Both the position numbers and the translations under genes were made by a program. A stretch of 64,000 nucleotides of DNA, filler included, from Piptocephalis cylindrospora (lineage: Eukaryota): the NCBI GenBank assembly GCA_003614145.1. It is 3 parts of 3 records of this genome, joined end to end, with 100 filler letters (N's around TTAATTAATTAA, not from the genome) between each part and the next. Parts side by side here need not be neighbours in the genome. Positions count along the whole stretch, not along the records: positions 46,075 to 64,000 come from KZ987846.1; 2 more parts are not named here. One strand, given 5' to 3'. The notes below the pieces were generated by a model, which worked only from the letters and a program-made list of their open reading frames with translations, did no database searches and was not told the origin of the DNA. Shown here piece by piece: positions 49,031 through 60,454 of this stretch. Position 1 is the stretch's first letter; each line of letters begins with the position of its first letter.

Positions 49031-52000
49031 TCACTGAAAGAGTCGATCCATCTGGGCTAGGCACTGCCGTGATCCAGCTACTACTCGCTCATTTCCCTGG
49101 CCCAACTCGGCCATCTGCCGTAGCAAAGGATACGTCCTGATTAAGAGGCCCTGGACCCCCCGTTGTCTTTCGTTACTTTCATCCTCTTGCCCGGACTTGA
49201 CCAAGCTCATATTGGCCATATGTTGCAGGATGAATTCTGCCTCCATTACCCGAATTCTATAGTCGATATGAAAGGGAAAAACGAGAGAAAAGGTAAGTTT
49301 TCATCCTCGTTAAATCTTACAAGACCATCGTACCTAGGAAGAGGAAATCCATGATAGAGGGGAGCATCCACGAGAAAGGTCTCAAGCACATGAACACATC
49401 GTTGTTCTAAGAGTGGCCATGCCCTCTTAGTCATCTCCACCCTAGCTGACTCGCCTTCTGGCCCGTCCGACCGTGGATCCCTAGGTAGTAAAGCATCCTC
49501 CCCTATAGCACGGGAAGTGATGGTCAGAAATAAGGGTAAAAAATAGCTATCTAAAAAAGTCACAAGCATTTACCTTCCCGAGCTTTCACATCACATTGCT
49601 CAAATAGGCGATTAAGACAGGAAAAGGCCAGAGAGGGGCGTTTCACCGGCTTGACTCTTTCCACAGACCGGTTCAGTCCAGGCCTCCCCCTCCCCCCGGT
49701 TCCTTCTGTAGCCTTGGAGGGAAGATGGGGTCGTTTCATGGGGTCGTAGAGCTTGGAGGCATCCAAAAGCATTTGAATGCACACTCCGAGCCATTCTCCA
49801 TCCCCAACCAGGGAGGCGGTAAGGGCGACGCACTGGAGCATGCGCCCCACTTCCTCCACCTCCTTCGCCTCTTGAGCTTGTAGGGTCAGTCTATCCAATG
49901 ACGTTTCTCCACTCTCTTCTTCTCCTTTATTGGGCTCGTCCTCTGCCGAGGAGGAGGGAAAGACTTGATTTGGCCACAAATGAGCTCGGATTACCTCAAG
50001 CATCACATCCCAGCACCTCTTCCTTTCTTCCATCTCCCAGTCTACAGGGAAAGAGAAAATCTTAACTTTGGTTTCTTACATAAATCCCTTCTCATATTAC
50101 CCTCTCACTCCTTTAAGCAAATCTTACCAGACATGCACGGGATCAATCCACCCATCTTCTGTCCATTTTTTCCAATAGCTTCTTCCATCACCCGGGAGCT
50201 CATTTGACTTGCTACTTTCCAATAGGGAGGTGAATCTTTTCCCGTAGTAGGACCAGCGTATCGTCGCTGAATATGCCCGGAGAGAGTCTGGCATAGGAAG
50301 AGAGGGAGTGATGTTAAGGGTTTGCATACTAAGCTATGTATTCCCAGCCCAACATAGCCTCTCTACTTACCTGTAGCAGCTCTACATATACCGATTTCTC
50401 CTCAGATTCCGAGGTGTACATTTGCGATCGGGTCATGTACTTGGCCCACACTTCCCCAGTCCACTCCATTGCCCAGATTCCAAAGGCAACCCAAGTCATG
50501 GGGCATGTAGCGTCCTTGGCCTTTGCTTCAGGAAGCGTAGGATAATCCATCCAACGTACCATCTCTCTCATCATTCCCTTAACCGCTTCAACATACACCT
50601 TCTCCTCTTCATCATTACTCTTTTCCACTTTGATCAGTAAGGCTTGCACGGCTTTGACAATGCTCTCCTGCACTCCACCCAGCCTCTCTCGATCCGTGAC
50701 CCATTCTTTTGAGGGAACCCTCACCAGCTGACCTAGTAAACTCATGATCGCTTGGACTCGGGAGGCACTAAGAGATGCTTGGGTCGCTGAGCACAAAGAA
50801 GGAATGACGCTGACGATGGCGGTGAGAAAGCGGCCTCTCCTCGGTCGCTTGCCTCCTGACTCCTTTAGCATCCCCTCCACTCCATCCAACCACACTTTCC
50901 AAATACTCTCCATTCTCGCTGAGCCTTCGGGAAGGTTTTTTTCTTCTCCGCAAAGGGCAATTAGGGTGATGAGGCCTTGAATGGCCGCATCCTCAACTCC
51001 ACCTCCATCTCGGGTTGCGCTGGGCTTTTCGGAGGATTCGGGGTCTCCGTGGATGCATTGCGTCAGAAGCCCCATAAGGCCCGACCATTCTTCATCAATA
51101 TACGCTATTTGCTCTGGTCCGCTAGATCCCATGACCCGGACCATTCCACTCACCACCACCTGTCTCGTCTCTACCCATTCTGGCCCTTGGGGCATTCTCA
51201 TTCCCTTCTTCCTTTCCCCTTGGATCTTTCCGGTCGTGGTGGGTGGGGAGGGGAGACAAAGAAATTCGGCCAAGGGAAGTAGGACCTCAGAGATCCCCTC
51301 CTTCCATGTCGTACAATTTAACCGGTCAGCCCCCATACCTTCGACCAGGCGGAAAAGAGATTGACAAGCCGAATGTCTCACCTCTCTACGGGAGTCCTCT
51401 CCAAGTCGGGAGAGCTCCCGAAGTAGGAGTAACCAAACAGGTTGAGCCAAGTCCCGAGTCTTTTCATTCTCAGTTTGCATGAGCATCCCCCGAAGGTGGT
51501 CCGACACCATCCATAAGAGTTGAATGGCAGTCAAAGAGACATTCAAACCCTCAACCTGCCTTCCAAACCGGCCTACTACTCGAACACACTCCTGAAGCAT
51601 GGGCTGAGTAAGAGAGCCTAGGAAGTCGGTGCAAATGAGCTGAGTGCATGCAAAAGTTTCGCGCATTAAACTTCCACCTTCCACTACGCTGGCATGGCTA
51701 ACGGTGGATATTCCCGAAGGGGAAATCTTAAGTGAGGGGGGGGACTGGATGGAGGTGAGATGAGCCTGGGAAGGAGGTGAGGTAAAGGGAGCTTCCTCAT
51801 CCTTCCCCTCTTCCACCTCTTTACCCCCTTCTCCCATGAAAATTTCTCCTTCCTCATCTATCGTTCCTTCTCCCTCTTCCCATTCTTCTAGAATACAACT
51901 AATGAGGTCAAGGACACCATCCCATCCATCGGTGAGACCCTGTCCCATACGTTCAAGTAAGGTTCGTAATCCTTCAATCCCGACGCGCTGCCCAATGACA

Positions 52001-55000
52001 TCTCCGCCCAGCTGATCCTTAGCATGTCCGACCCAATCTCTTAGGGTTTTGATTAGCCTGATCTGAAGGGTGGGATGAACGGGGGCAGTCTGGCCAATAC
52101 TCTGAGTATCCCCTGAATCCTCCGACGCCTCTTCCTCTCTGGCCAAGAGAATGGAGGCGCGGGTGATGAGAGTGGAGAAAACGTCGCACACTTGTTCCCG
52201 TCGGATCACGTCCACTGACCCCCCAGTCAGAGTATTGGACCGATTACCAGCCCTACTCGAAGACATGGGCGGAGCCTGGGAAGAGGAGGGGACTGTAGAG
52301 GCTGATATGGTGGAGGGAGAGGGACTAAGGAGGGGAATGCCACTGTAAAGGGATTGTAAACACCCAAAGGTAACATCCCACAAGCTACTATCATCTGGAT
52401 CCAAGAGTAGGATAGGCATGGCCTGGGTAACTCCTTTCCCCAGAAGGTCCAGCCCAAAGGATTTCCCCTCCCGGATCTAATGGTGAAAAGAGATAAGCGG
52501 AGAAAGAGAGAGTTAGGGGAAATGAAGTGTGAATTCAACGGCTTCTTGTGCTTAGTTTCATCCATATATCCCTATCGTACTTCAATAAAAATGATTTCTC
52601 CTTACCTTCCCTTGTCCTTCTACATGGACGCGAACTGGACCCTCTCCTCCATTTCCTTCTAGTCGAATTCGGACACCCCACCATTCACCGGCAAGACGGG
52701 TGCAAGCAGAGAAAAAGGCGGAGAGGGCGGGTTTAGGCCAAACACCTTGATCGGTGAAAAGGGCATTCATCTCATTCATGATCATCATTCCGTAAATCCC
52801 CTCCCCTCCTTGACCGGCGCCAAGAACTCCTCCAGGAAGACTATCCGAATGGGAGGATCCAACCACGGAGCCCCCGACCCCTCCTCCAAGGGCCCCGACA
52901 GATGCTAAGGATTTCCCCTTAGGAAGCGGACGGCCAGAGAGAATGCCATCGGCTTGCTCAAGCACCAAGAGGACCACGTGCCAAGCTCCGTCGTCCAATA
53001 GTTCAGCCAGAGTATGAGTAAGCCGTACAAGCTCTAGAAGGCATTGGCCCGACCTTTCCCCGTATACAAGGACAGGAACTGGGGCGCCACTCGTATCTTC
53101 CTGAGTTGAAGAGAGGATGGACCCTGATCCTCCTACGGCACCCTCATACATAGATGAGGCAGATGAATGGATAGAATGGGATGAAGTGGAAGAAGAAGAG
53201 GAACTATTAGCGCCAGTATTTGAGGAAGGAAGGACAGAAGGAATGACACGCTTCCCAAGGGCGGTCAAAAAGGCATCTCGTGGGGTAGATAGGCACAAAA
53301 CGCCACTCATGAGCGTCATCCTTCGCACGGCTTCAAGGAGCCTTTGGAAGACCGGTCCATCCATTGATAAAGCCAAGAAGACGGAGAAGGCAGCGAGCAG
53401 GGCAGGCCAGGCCACCTCGGTCATCCATCCAGCCGATTGAAGCTCCTTCCTTTGCTCAAGGGTCAGTGATCCCTCTTCGATAGTCCCTGAATCCATTCCC
53501 TTCTCTTCCTCCTTTGTTAACTGACTCAGAACATCGTGAACTTGAGCAGAAGAGATGGCCGGGGTCGTCCGATCATCAAAATGAGGCAAGACGGCCTGAG
53601 ACATAGAGTGCACAATGGATGTGAGACTCGTAAGGGTGAGATACTGAGCGTAGAAAGGAGGAAGAGAGCATGGTTCATCCCTTTCCATCTGATCCAAACT
53701 ATCATAAGAGAGAGTAAAGTCGATTGGTTAGAAAAGTATTCGTATGCCCGTCCCCCCCCTCAAAAATTCAAGGGAAAAGAGAGGAGCTTATGGCAGAAAA
53801 ACTTACCAGGGGACCTTTAAGCGGGCCGACATGGCCAAAGTTCCACCGGAAACACCTTTACTAGACCCTGTTTCCTTGCCCCCATCCTTAACAGCCTGCG
53901 TGGATAGGGCTAAAGGGGCTTGGGAGGAAAGACGATGAAGGAGAGCAACAAGATCGTAAAAGATTCCTCCGGTTCCGTGTTGCCTCTCAAATTGACCATA
54001 AATGGCACAAAGAAGAGGGTAGGAGGGACAAAGAGAATGCCAGAATTCTAGGGCAAGGATACCGCGATAGGTGGGGGGTCTATAGCTTTCAGACCCTGTA
54101 CCACCTCCTCCACCACCCCCTCCTCCTTGTCCCGCGTAACCCCGATCATGGGAGCCATCGGAGGAAGAAGAAGTGGATAGGCATTCCTCAAGCTGTTTAA
54201 GCATAAGGGAGAGGAATATCTCACATTCAGTGGGCTGAGCAATGAAAATAAGGATAGTAAGTGAGTTAAAAAGTAGGTTCTAGTAGTGGCAAAAGGACTA
54301 CTGCGCCAAGGAAGCCCCTACTATCCCCTCAAAAAGCCCATTTTGCTTACCATGACATCCAGATAATACCTTGCAACCACTCGAATTAATCGGATGACTC
54401 GAACAGTCCTTGGGAAATCCTTATCAAGCCCTCCGGGGGAGATGGAGGAGTTATAAGAACCCCCGGACGATGATGAAGAGTTACTAGGAGAGTTGATGGA
54501 GTAATCTGATTGAGTAGCGTGCCGGATGACGATGGAAGTCATGTGCTCCCGAAGCATCTTGGTTAGAGCAGGTTGCGAATGAAAGAGGGGACGATGGCCC
54601 TGGAGGATGGATTCGATGAGCTCCATACCAATAGAAGGGGATAGCGAGTCCAGGGAAAGGAGGGAGGGGGATTCACCATTCGTGAGCATACAAATGTCCC
54701 GGAAGATAAAGCATGCATCCTGGAGTCGAACTTGCCTCTCCTCTTCCTCCGATAGCCCATCATTCCGGGCCTCCTGGGAAAAGTCTCCTTCAAGCCGATC
54801 AAAAGGAACATTGACCACTTGCCGAAGGGTAGCTGAGGCAATGGAGTGGACCACAGCTAAAGGGGAGGTCCTCAGCCGAAAGCAAAGCACCAGCGCCTTA
54901 AAGCGCGATAATGTATGAATTTAGCGTGGAGTGAAAAGGATAGAGGTGAATAAAGGGAAGAATTCCTTCTTACCTGACACAAAGCATCCCCTCGAACGTC

Positions 55001-55466
55001 CGGGTAGTGATTTAGGAGAATTGGAATGGTTTGAAGAACACGTAGTTGACAATCTTGGGTAGATATATCCAAGACGTGGACAAGGGCTGAGAGGAGGGAG
55101 GGAACAGAGGACTATATGCATAGGATGAACGGAGATGAGCAGTAAAACCCCATTTTCTTCCATGCTGCAATTAACCTACAGTTTGAACGATACGACGTTG
55201 AATGAGCTGCTGAAGATAATTCATGGCAGGAAGGGCTAGGCGAGGTAGCCGCGCACGGCATGCCAGAAGGGCCGGGCGGAGCACAAGGTCGGACATGGAC
55301 CTTAGCTCTTTGACGGCGGCGTCCACCTCGGGTGTCTGAATGGTTTTAATTTTGGCTAGGACCTGCTCAGCTGCCTAAGACAAAGATGTAGGGAGGATTT
55401 GTGAGGGAAGGAGGGAAAGGCAGGGTCACCATACTGGTTGACCTGCTGCATTGACCACTCCGCCAT
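49031..55466 (-). CDS. MON2: MON2 (Sec7/Arf-GEF-related endosomal trafficking protein), multi-exon; true 5' end uncertain
   Basis: LRPALLAC, DCQLRVLQTI, SIASATLRQVV, DACFIFRDIC, GMELIESIL, DQMERDEP, WPALLAAFS, PRDAFLTALGK, QLICTDFL, LNVSLTAIQLLW, DSRREVRHSACQSLFR, FPLPR. Confidence 0.9.
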
Positions 55467-56532
55467 GGACCGATTATAATTATTAGTTGTGGGGTGAGAT
55501 ATGTTGTGAGTGCATTTTACTTTAATATTTTCCGTCCATGTGATGGTTAATCATATTATGCTTTTTTCACATTATAGAGTGCTTCACCGGGAGTTCCGTT
55601 ATAGGGTAAGTGATTTATTTTGAGGACATGTACCTACTGGGATGGGCCCAAGTAATCCAGGTGACATGGATATATATCCCCGGGGTAAGGAAATATTCTC
55701 ACCTCACTTTGAACTTTTCCTGCTCTTTTTTTTCTTCGCGCATTTCTAGGAATGGCAAGGTGGCTAAGGGTAATGCAAGACCATTTCAAAGGTTATCTGG
55801 ACTGCCTGGCGAAGCATGAAAGATAAGTGATGTATGGTGAGGGGCGCTTTGGATATTCCTGGGAGGGAATGGAGGGAGAGGGGTATTGCGCAAAGTAGAA
55901 GCATGAGATTTTAGAGGAGGGATCGCAATGAGGCAGAGGGGGCCATGGAGGGAAAGGGTAGGCTGAGAGGACCCCCAAACTTTTGCTAATGGAATGGTGC
56001 CTTACTGGAAGTGTTTCTCGGGATATAAAGGATTGCGGTCCTAAGAGACAGGTTCTGCGTCCCCATGAGGAACTAATGTTTTTCTGGTGAGTACGTCTGG
56101 GAAAATGAAAAAGGGAGGAGCAGTGGTTGGCGCTGGTATGGGTAACTTAGGGGCGACGCATGGGACAGGTTGTAACCCGATTACTCTGCTGCTACCATGG
56201 AGTATGCCATGCATGGGGAGTGATTGGTATGTTATGTTTCTCGTGTAGGGGGACGCTGGAATCGCCTTTGTCTCGGGGGTATTTCCTGCATTTTGTCCAA
56301 TTGAAAGGGGTGTGGATGGGCCGTTTGACCAGTGGCCTATGGGTTAACGGGGGTATTTTATGGAGCTTGCGGTGGCTGTGGAAGGTATAAAGAGGAAGCT
56401 GTTGGGCTGGTAAATGGTTGCTCAGGGTTACCCTCATCCACCTTTCCACTTTTCATAAGATCAACCACTCTCTATTGCCTTTTCACATCCAAGCACCCAA
56501 GCATCCTCAACACTACGTCCTTTTGCTTTACC

Positions 56533-57168
56533 ATGTCATCCAGCGATTTCTCCTTTTCCCGTCGTTCCCGTTCAGCCTTCCGTAATGGAGCCCTTGTCCT
56601 TGTGGTAAAGAATCCTCGTCCGACAGAGGATAACCATGGAATCCGTGGGCCCTTCCGCATCGTCAATGATGGAGGGGATGGGTTTGCGGTACTCATCAAG
56701 CATGGAAAGCGATACAGGTTCCCATGGGATCGTGTGCGAGAGTACATTGACCTGACTCTGGACGACGATGATGATAATGATGACAAGACAAGGACGGTCC
56801 GGATCAATGAAAGGCCCAAACCGTGGAAAAGGACTCTTCTCCCAAAGATGGGGCCTCATGGGATCATCAAGCGCCATCCCAAGAAGCTTACGGCTGCTCC
56901 ACAGGACATCTTTGAACGCCTGGAATTTCCCGGAGAAAAGGGAAAGGGACGGGCCAGTACTCCAGAGCCAAGCATGCATGATACTCTGCATGAAATGGAT
57001 ATGGTCGAGGAAGCGTGTATTCCCACCCCCAAGTTACCAGAGGGGCTCCAGTCGGGGGTACTGATCCCCGAGGAGGAGCCAGAGCATACCTTTGCTCAGA
57101 TGGAGAGCGATGAGGAGTGCTACTTGTCCAAGGATAGGCCAACGCAGGACTACTCCCCCTCCCTCTAG
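56533..57168 (+). CDS. 211-aa ORF ('ORF0') with an N-terminal GPY/F, SH3-like integrase-C-terminal-type motif and an acidic tail
   Basis: FRNGALVLV...GPFRIV...FAVL...RFPWDRVREY; TATAAA at 56386 and TTACCATGTC start context. Confidence 0.65.
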   Translation: MSSSDFSFSRRSRSAFRNGALVLVVKNPRPTEDNHGIRGPFRIVNDGGDGFAVLIKHGKRYRFPWDRVREYIDLTLDDDDDNDDKTRTVRINERPKPWKRTLLPKMGPHGIIKRHPKKLTAAPQDIFERLEFPGEKGKGRASTPEPSMHDTLHEMDMVEEACIPTPKLPEGLQSGVLIPEEEPEHTFAQMESDEECYLSKDRPTQDYSPSL

Positions 57169-57902
57169 GCTCCCTGAATGGCGATTGGGTAAGCAACAAA
57201 TGCTCCTCCCCTTGTGTCCTTGCGGGTATGTGGGTTGAGTGCGAGCCAATACATGCACAGGTCTCTGCATGAGGTTGATATATGGCAATATGATGGAAGT
57301 ATCAGCAGTGGCAGTGGCAGCAGTGGTCGTAGTGGTAGTAGTAGTGGTGGTAAAAGTAGTGATAGAAGCAATGCTTTGGTCTTGGGATGGTTAGCCAACG
57401 GGTTCCCTGGGCTCTGCATGAGTTTGGTTCTCATGGATTGGAAAGCATGAGAATGTGAGGGGCACCTAGAGGTGTGTTGGATAGGATTCTGGGAGGAAAT
57501 GATGTTTGGATGCAAAGATAAATGGATGGAGAGATGGGTTGAGCAGGCCAATGGCAGATGCATTCATACTCATACTCTACTTCTCCCTTTGTGTAACTTT
57601 TTTTCTTGGATTAGAATGGATACAAGGCAAGATGTTCGGGTCCGATTGGCTTAAATAAGCATTATTCCTGCATGGGATGTGTTGCCATGCAAGGGAAAAG
57701 AAGGGTGACGAGGAGAAGGATGGAAGGGAAAGAATGAAAGGGAGAAAAAAGTATAAAAGTCGGGCGTCTTGATGCCTCTTGGCCCGCTGAAGGCAATTTG
57801 TATCCGTATCTAAAAGAAACCATTTCCTTCCTATTCCACCTCCCTTTGACTTGAAGCATCCCCCATCGCTCATTCATACCCTTCTCCACGCACCATCTTA
57901 CC

Positions 57903-60454
57903 ATGTCTCCACGCACTGGAAAAGGCTTTGACCCCGAGAATGGCAGGCTAAATGAGGCGGAAGCGCTGTTTGATCGTGTGCGTTCCACACTAAAGTGTCC
58001 CTCCTGTGGCCTTGTGGACACATTCAATCGCAGCTCCTCTGGTGGCCGCCGTCGATACCAGTGCTTCAAATGTTCCTACTCGCGGAATTTAGCACAATTC
58101 TTGGAGATGGAAGGAGTGGCTGGTCTTCGGAGTCCAGGGATGTCTGGGACACAGGAAGACATCCAGTCTGTGGGGCCCACCCAAGACGGCCGCAAGCGTT
58201 CCAGCAGCCTTGACCAGGAGGACGAGGAGCCCGGAGGGTCCTGGCCTTTTACCCAGCTTACCCCTGATCCGTACGAAAGACACAACGGAACACCCAGCGA
58301 CGGGCGTGAGCGCAAGGTGACGTTCAAGGAGAGGTCTGGGACGAGTGATTCCCAATCATCCGGAGCTCACAGTATCGATCACCGTGAAGGCAAGCGTGCG
58401 TGTCGATACAAGGGTAAGAACCGTGCTCGGCCACCAGAGACCCCAAGGACGCCGCGGCCCCTTTTACCCGCTGGAAAGCTATTACTTGGGGAGACCGGGT
58501 CTGGTGAAGGGGCGTCCTCTTCCCAATGTACTCCAGATAGGGGGAAGCGGAGTGAGAGTGTGGATGTGCCTGTGGGACTTGCACGGATGGATGAGCCGTC
58601 GATCCGCCAGTGGGAGCTCCAGGACAGGGTATTTCGTGAGATGCAAGTGGACTCTTCAGGTAGGTGGGAAGGGGGTGGTTGCCATTATTGCGTGTATCTC
58701 ATTTAGAATTTTTTCATATTTATATTGATTTATATTCCTCTCCCTATCCCTATCCCAAACCTTATTTATACTCTTATTAATTATCCTGACACTCATGTTA
58801 TAATGAATGGACTATGCCTATCCTTATAGATGATGAAGAGCTTCATGAATCCTTGGCTAGATCTGTCGAGTTTCGTAGGAAGCGGAGGGACAAGGGCTTG
58901 CCAATTAGTCTGCACGAGGGCCTTCGACGGGAGATCCACGAGCTGTCCGAAGGGGAAATGGAGGAGTTTGACCGGATCCGGTGGAGAAGCGACTACTTTC
59001 TCCAAAAGAAGCAAGGGAGGATCAGGGAGGATCAGGAGAGATTTATGCGTCGAATGCAGGGGTCAAGGGGACAAGGGTGCAGGGTGTCTGAGGAGGTGGA
59101 GACACCAGCCACTCCTGGCGCGCGTGTTTCCCTAGGGCCCTCGCAGACGCCACCGTCAGAGACGGAGGAGATCAAGCAGGAGAGTGGGACGGACAATGAA
59201 GGGGCCCGGGAGGAGGAAAGGGAGGGTAGGAATGGGAGATGGGACAACCCAAAGCACGTCGAGATTGCCAGACGGGTCCTTGGGCTGGAGGGGGATGAGT
59301 GCAGGCAGGCCGTCGGAGCCCTGGAAGCCCTACACCGGAGACCACGACCAGAAAGATGGAGTAGTGCGGAGGAGGCCAGGGACCTTGAGCCAGTGTACGT
59401 GACTCGACTACCACGGATGGCCATTCGGCAGTTGAAGCATCATCTGTGGAGTCTCCGGGTGCAAGTGTCGAGGGTGCACAACATTGCTTATGTATCCAAC
59501 ACGACGGCGGAGCTGCTGGTGGAAAAGGCATACACGGCCCGACTGGTACGTCGACTCAGAGAGTGTGACCTGCGGGTGGATACGTCGTTCAACCCGACAC
59601 AGGCGGTGAATCCAAGGGCCACTACTGAGGTAAAGCTTCTTGTGCGTATGGCCTTTCTGGGACGACTTCGGAGCACGATGAACCGGGCGACAACGGCTGC
59701 TGCAAGGGAGTACTTTAGGATGTGGCTCCAGGAGCAGGAAGGGGAAGATATGGGGGACGCACTTGAAGGATACGAGGAAATGGAGGATGTACGGGATGAG
59801 GAGATGAGGAGGCGTGCGGAGGAGTGCTGGGACCGGGCGGAGGGGGAATCACGGAGGGTGGCAGGGCGTGTCGGAGGGCCAGCAAGTGAAAGCATGGTGG
59901 AGCCGTCGATGGCTGAGGGAGACCCACTGAGGAGTGCACGGAGGATGGATATGGCTGTGGAGGGGATGAGGCACCGGTATCGTCAGCGGGATTCTACACC
60001 CCTGGACGGAGACGCTGAGGATACGTCTTGTCGGGCGGATGTGGTGAATGTGGTGAAAACGGTGGATAGGGCAGGTGTAATGGAAATGGCAAGGCTGGCG
60101 GAGATGGAGGATGTGGGGGATGTGGAGGATGTGGAGGATGTGGGGGATGCGGAGGATGCGGAAGACATAGGACATGAAGATACTGGAGATTCAGGGGATA
60201 GCGGGGATCGGGAGGCGCGCCCACGTTTAGAGGACGCAGGAGAAAGGATGCCCCTGAGGGATGCTCAAGTAAATGGGCCAGAGGCTTGCCGTCCTCGCTG
60301 TGGCAGAATGAGTACGGGCCGTTCCCGTCGTGGTGGTACTATTGAAGTCTCTCCAGTGGAACCTGTCGTGGAAATACCAACGTTGTCTCCCAGCCTCCAA
60401 GAGGCTCACTCTATCTTTAATGCTCGCCCAGCCGAGGGCCCCCGTCGGCCATGA
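57903..60454 (+). CDS. Non-LTR retrotransposon ORF1 (predicted spliced, 793 aa): C4 zinc ribbon plus RRM-like core
   Basis: Exon 57903-58659 and exon 58830-60454 join in frame across GT-AG 58660-58829. CPSC-X18-CFKC near the N-terminus; PVYVTRLPR...NIAYVSNTTAELLV...FNP core; stop overlaps the ORF2 ATG. Confidence 0.7.
60107..60170 (+). repeat. 9-bp coding minisatellite (GAGGATGTG-like) encoding (E/G)D(V/A) repeats
   Basis: About six or seven tandem imperfect units inside ORF1. Confidence 0.8.

Noticed and set aside
1..55466. Trafficking gene cluster (VPS16, COG5, VPS53, MON2)
   Set aside because: The genes lie on three pieces separated by artificial gaps; only COG5-VPS53 adjacency is demonstrable.
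60107..60170. Tandem repeat as a CRISPR-like array
   Set aside because: Contiguous 9-bp coding units with no spacers, in a eukaryotic context.
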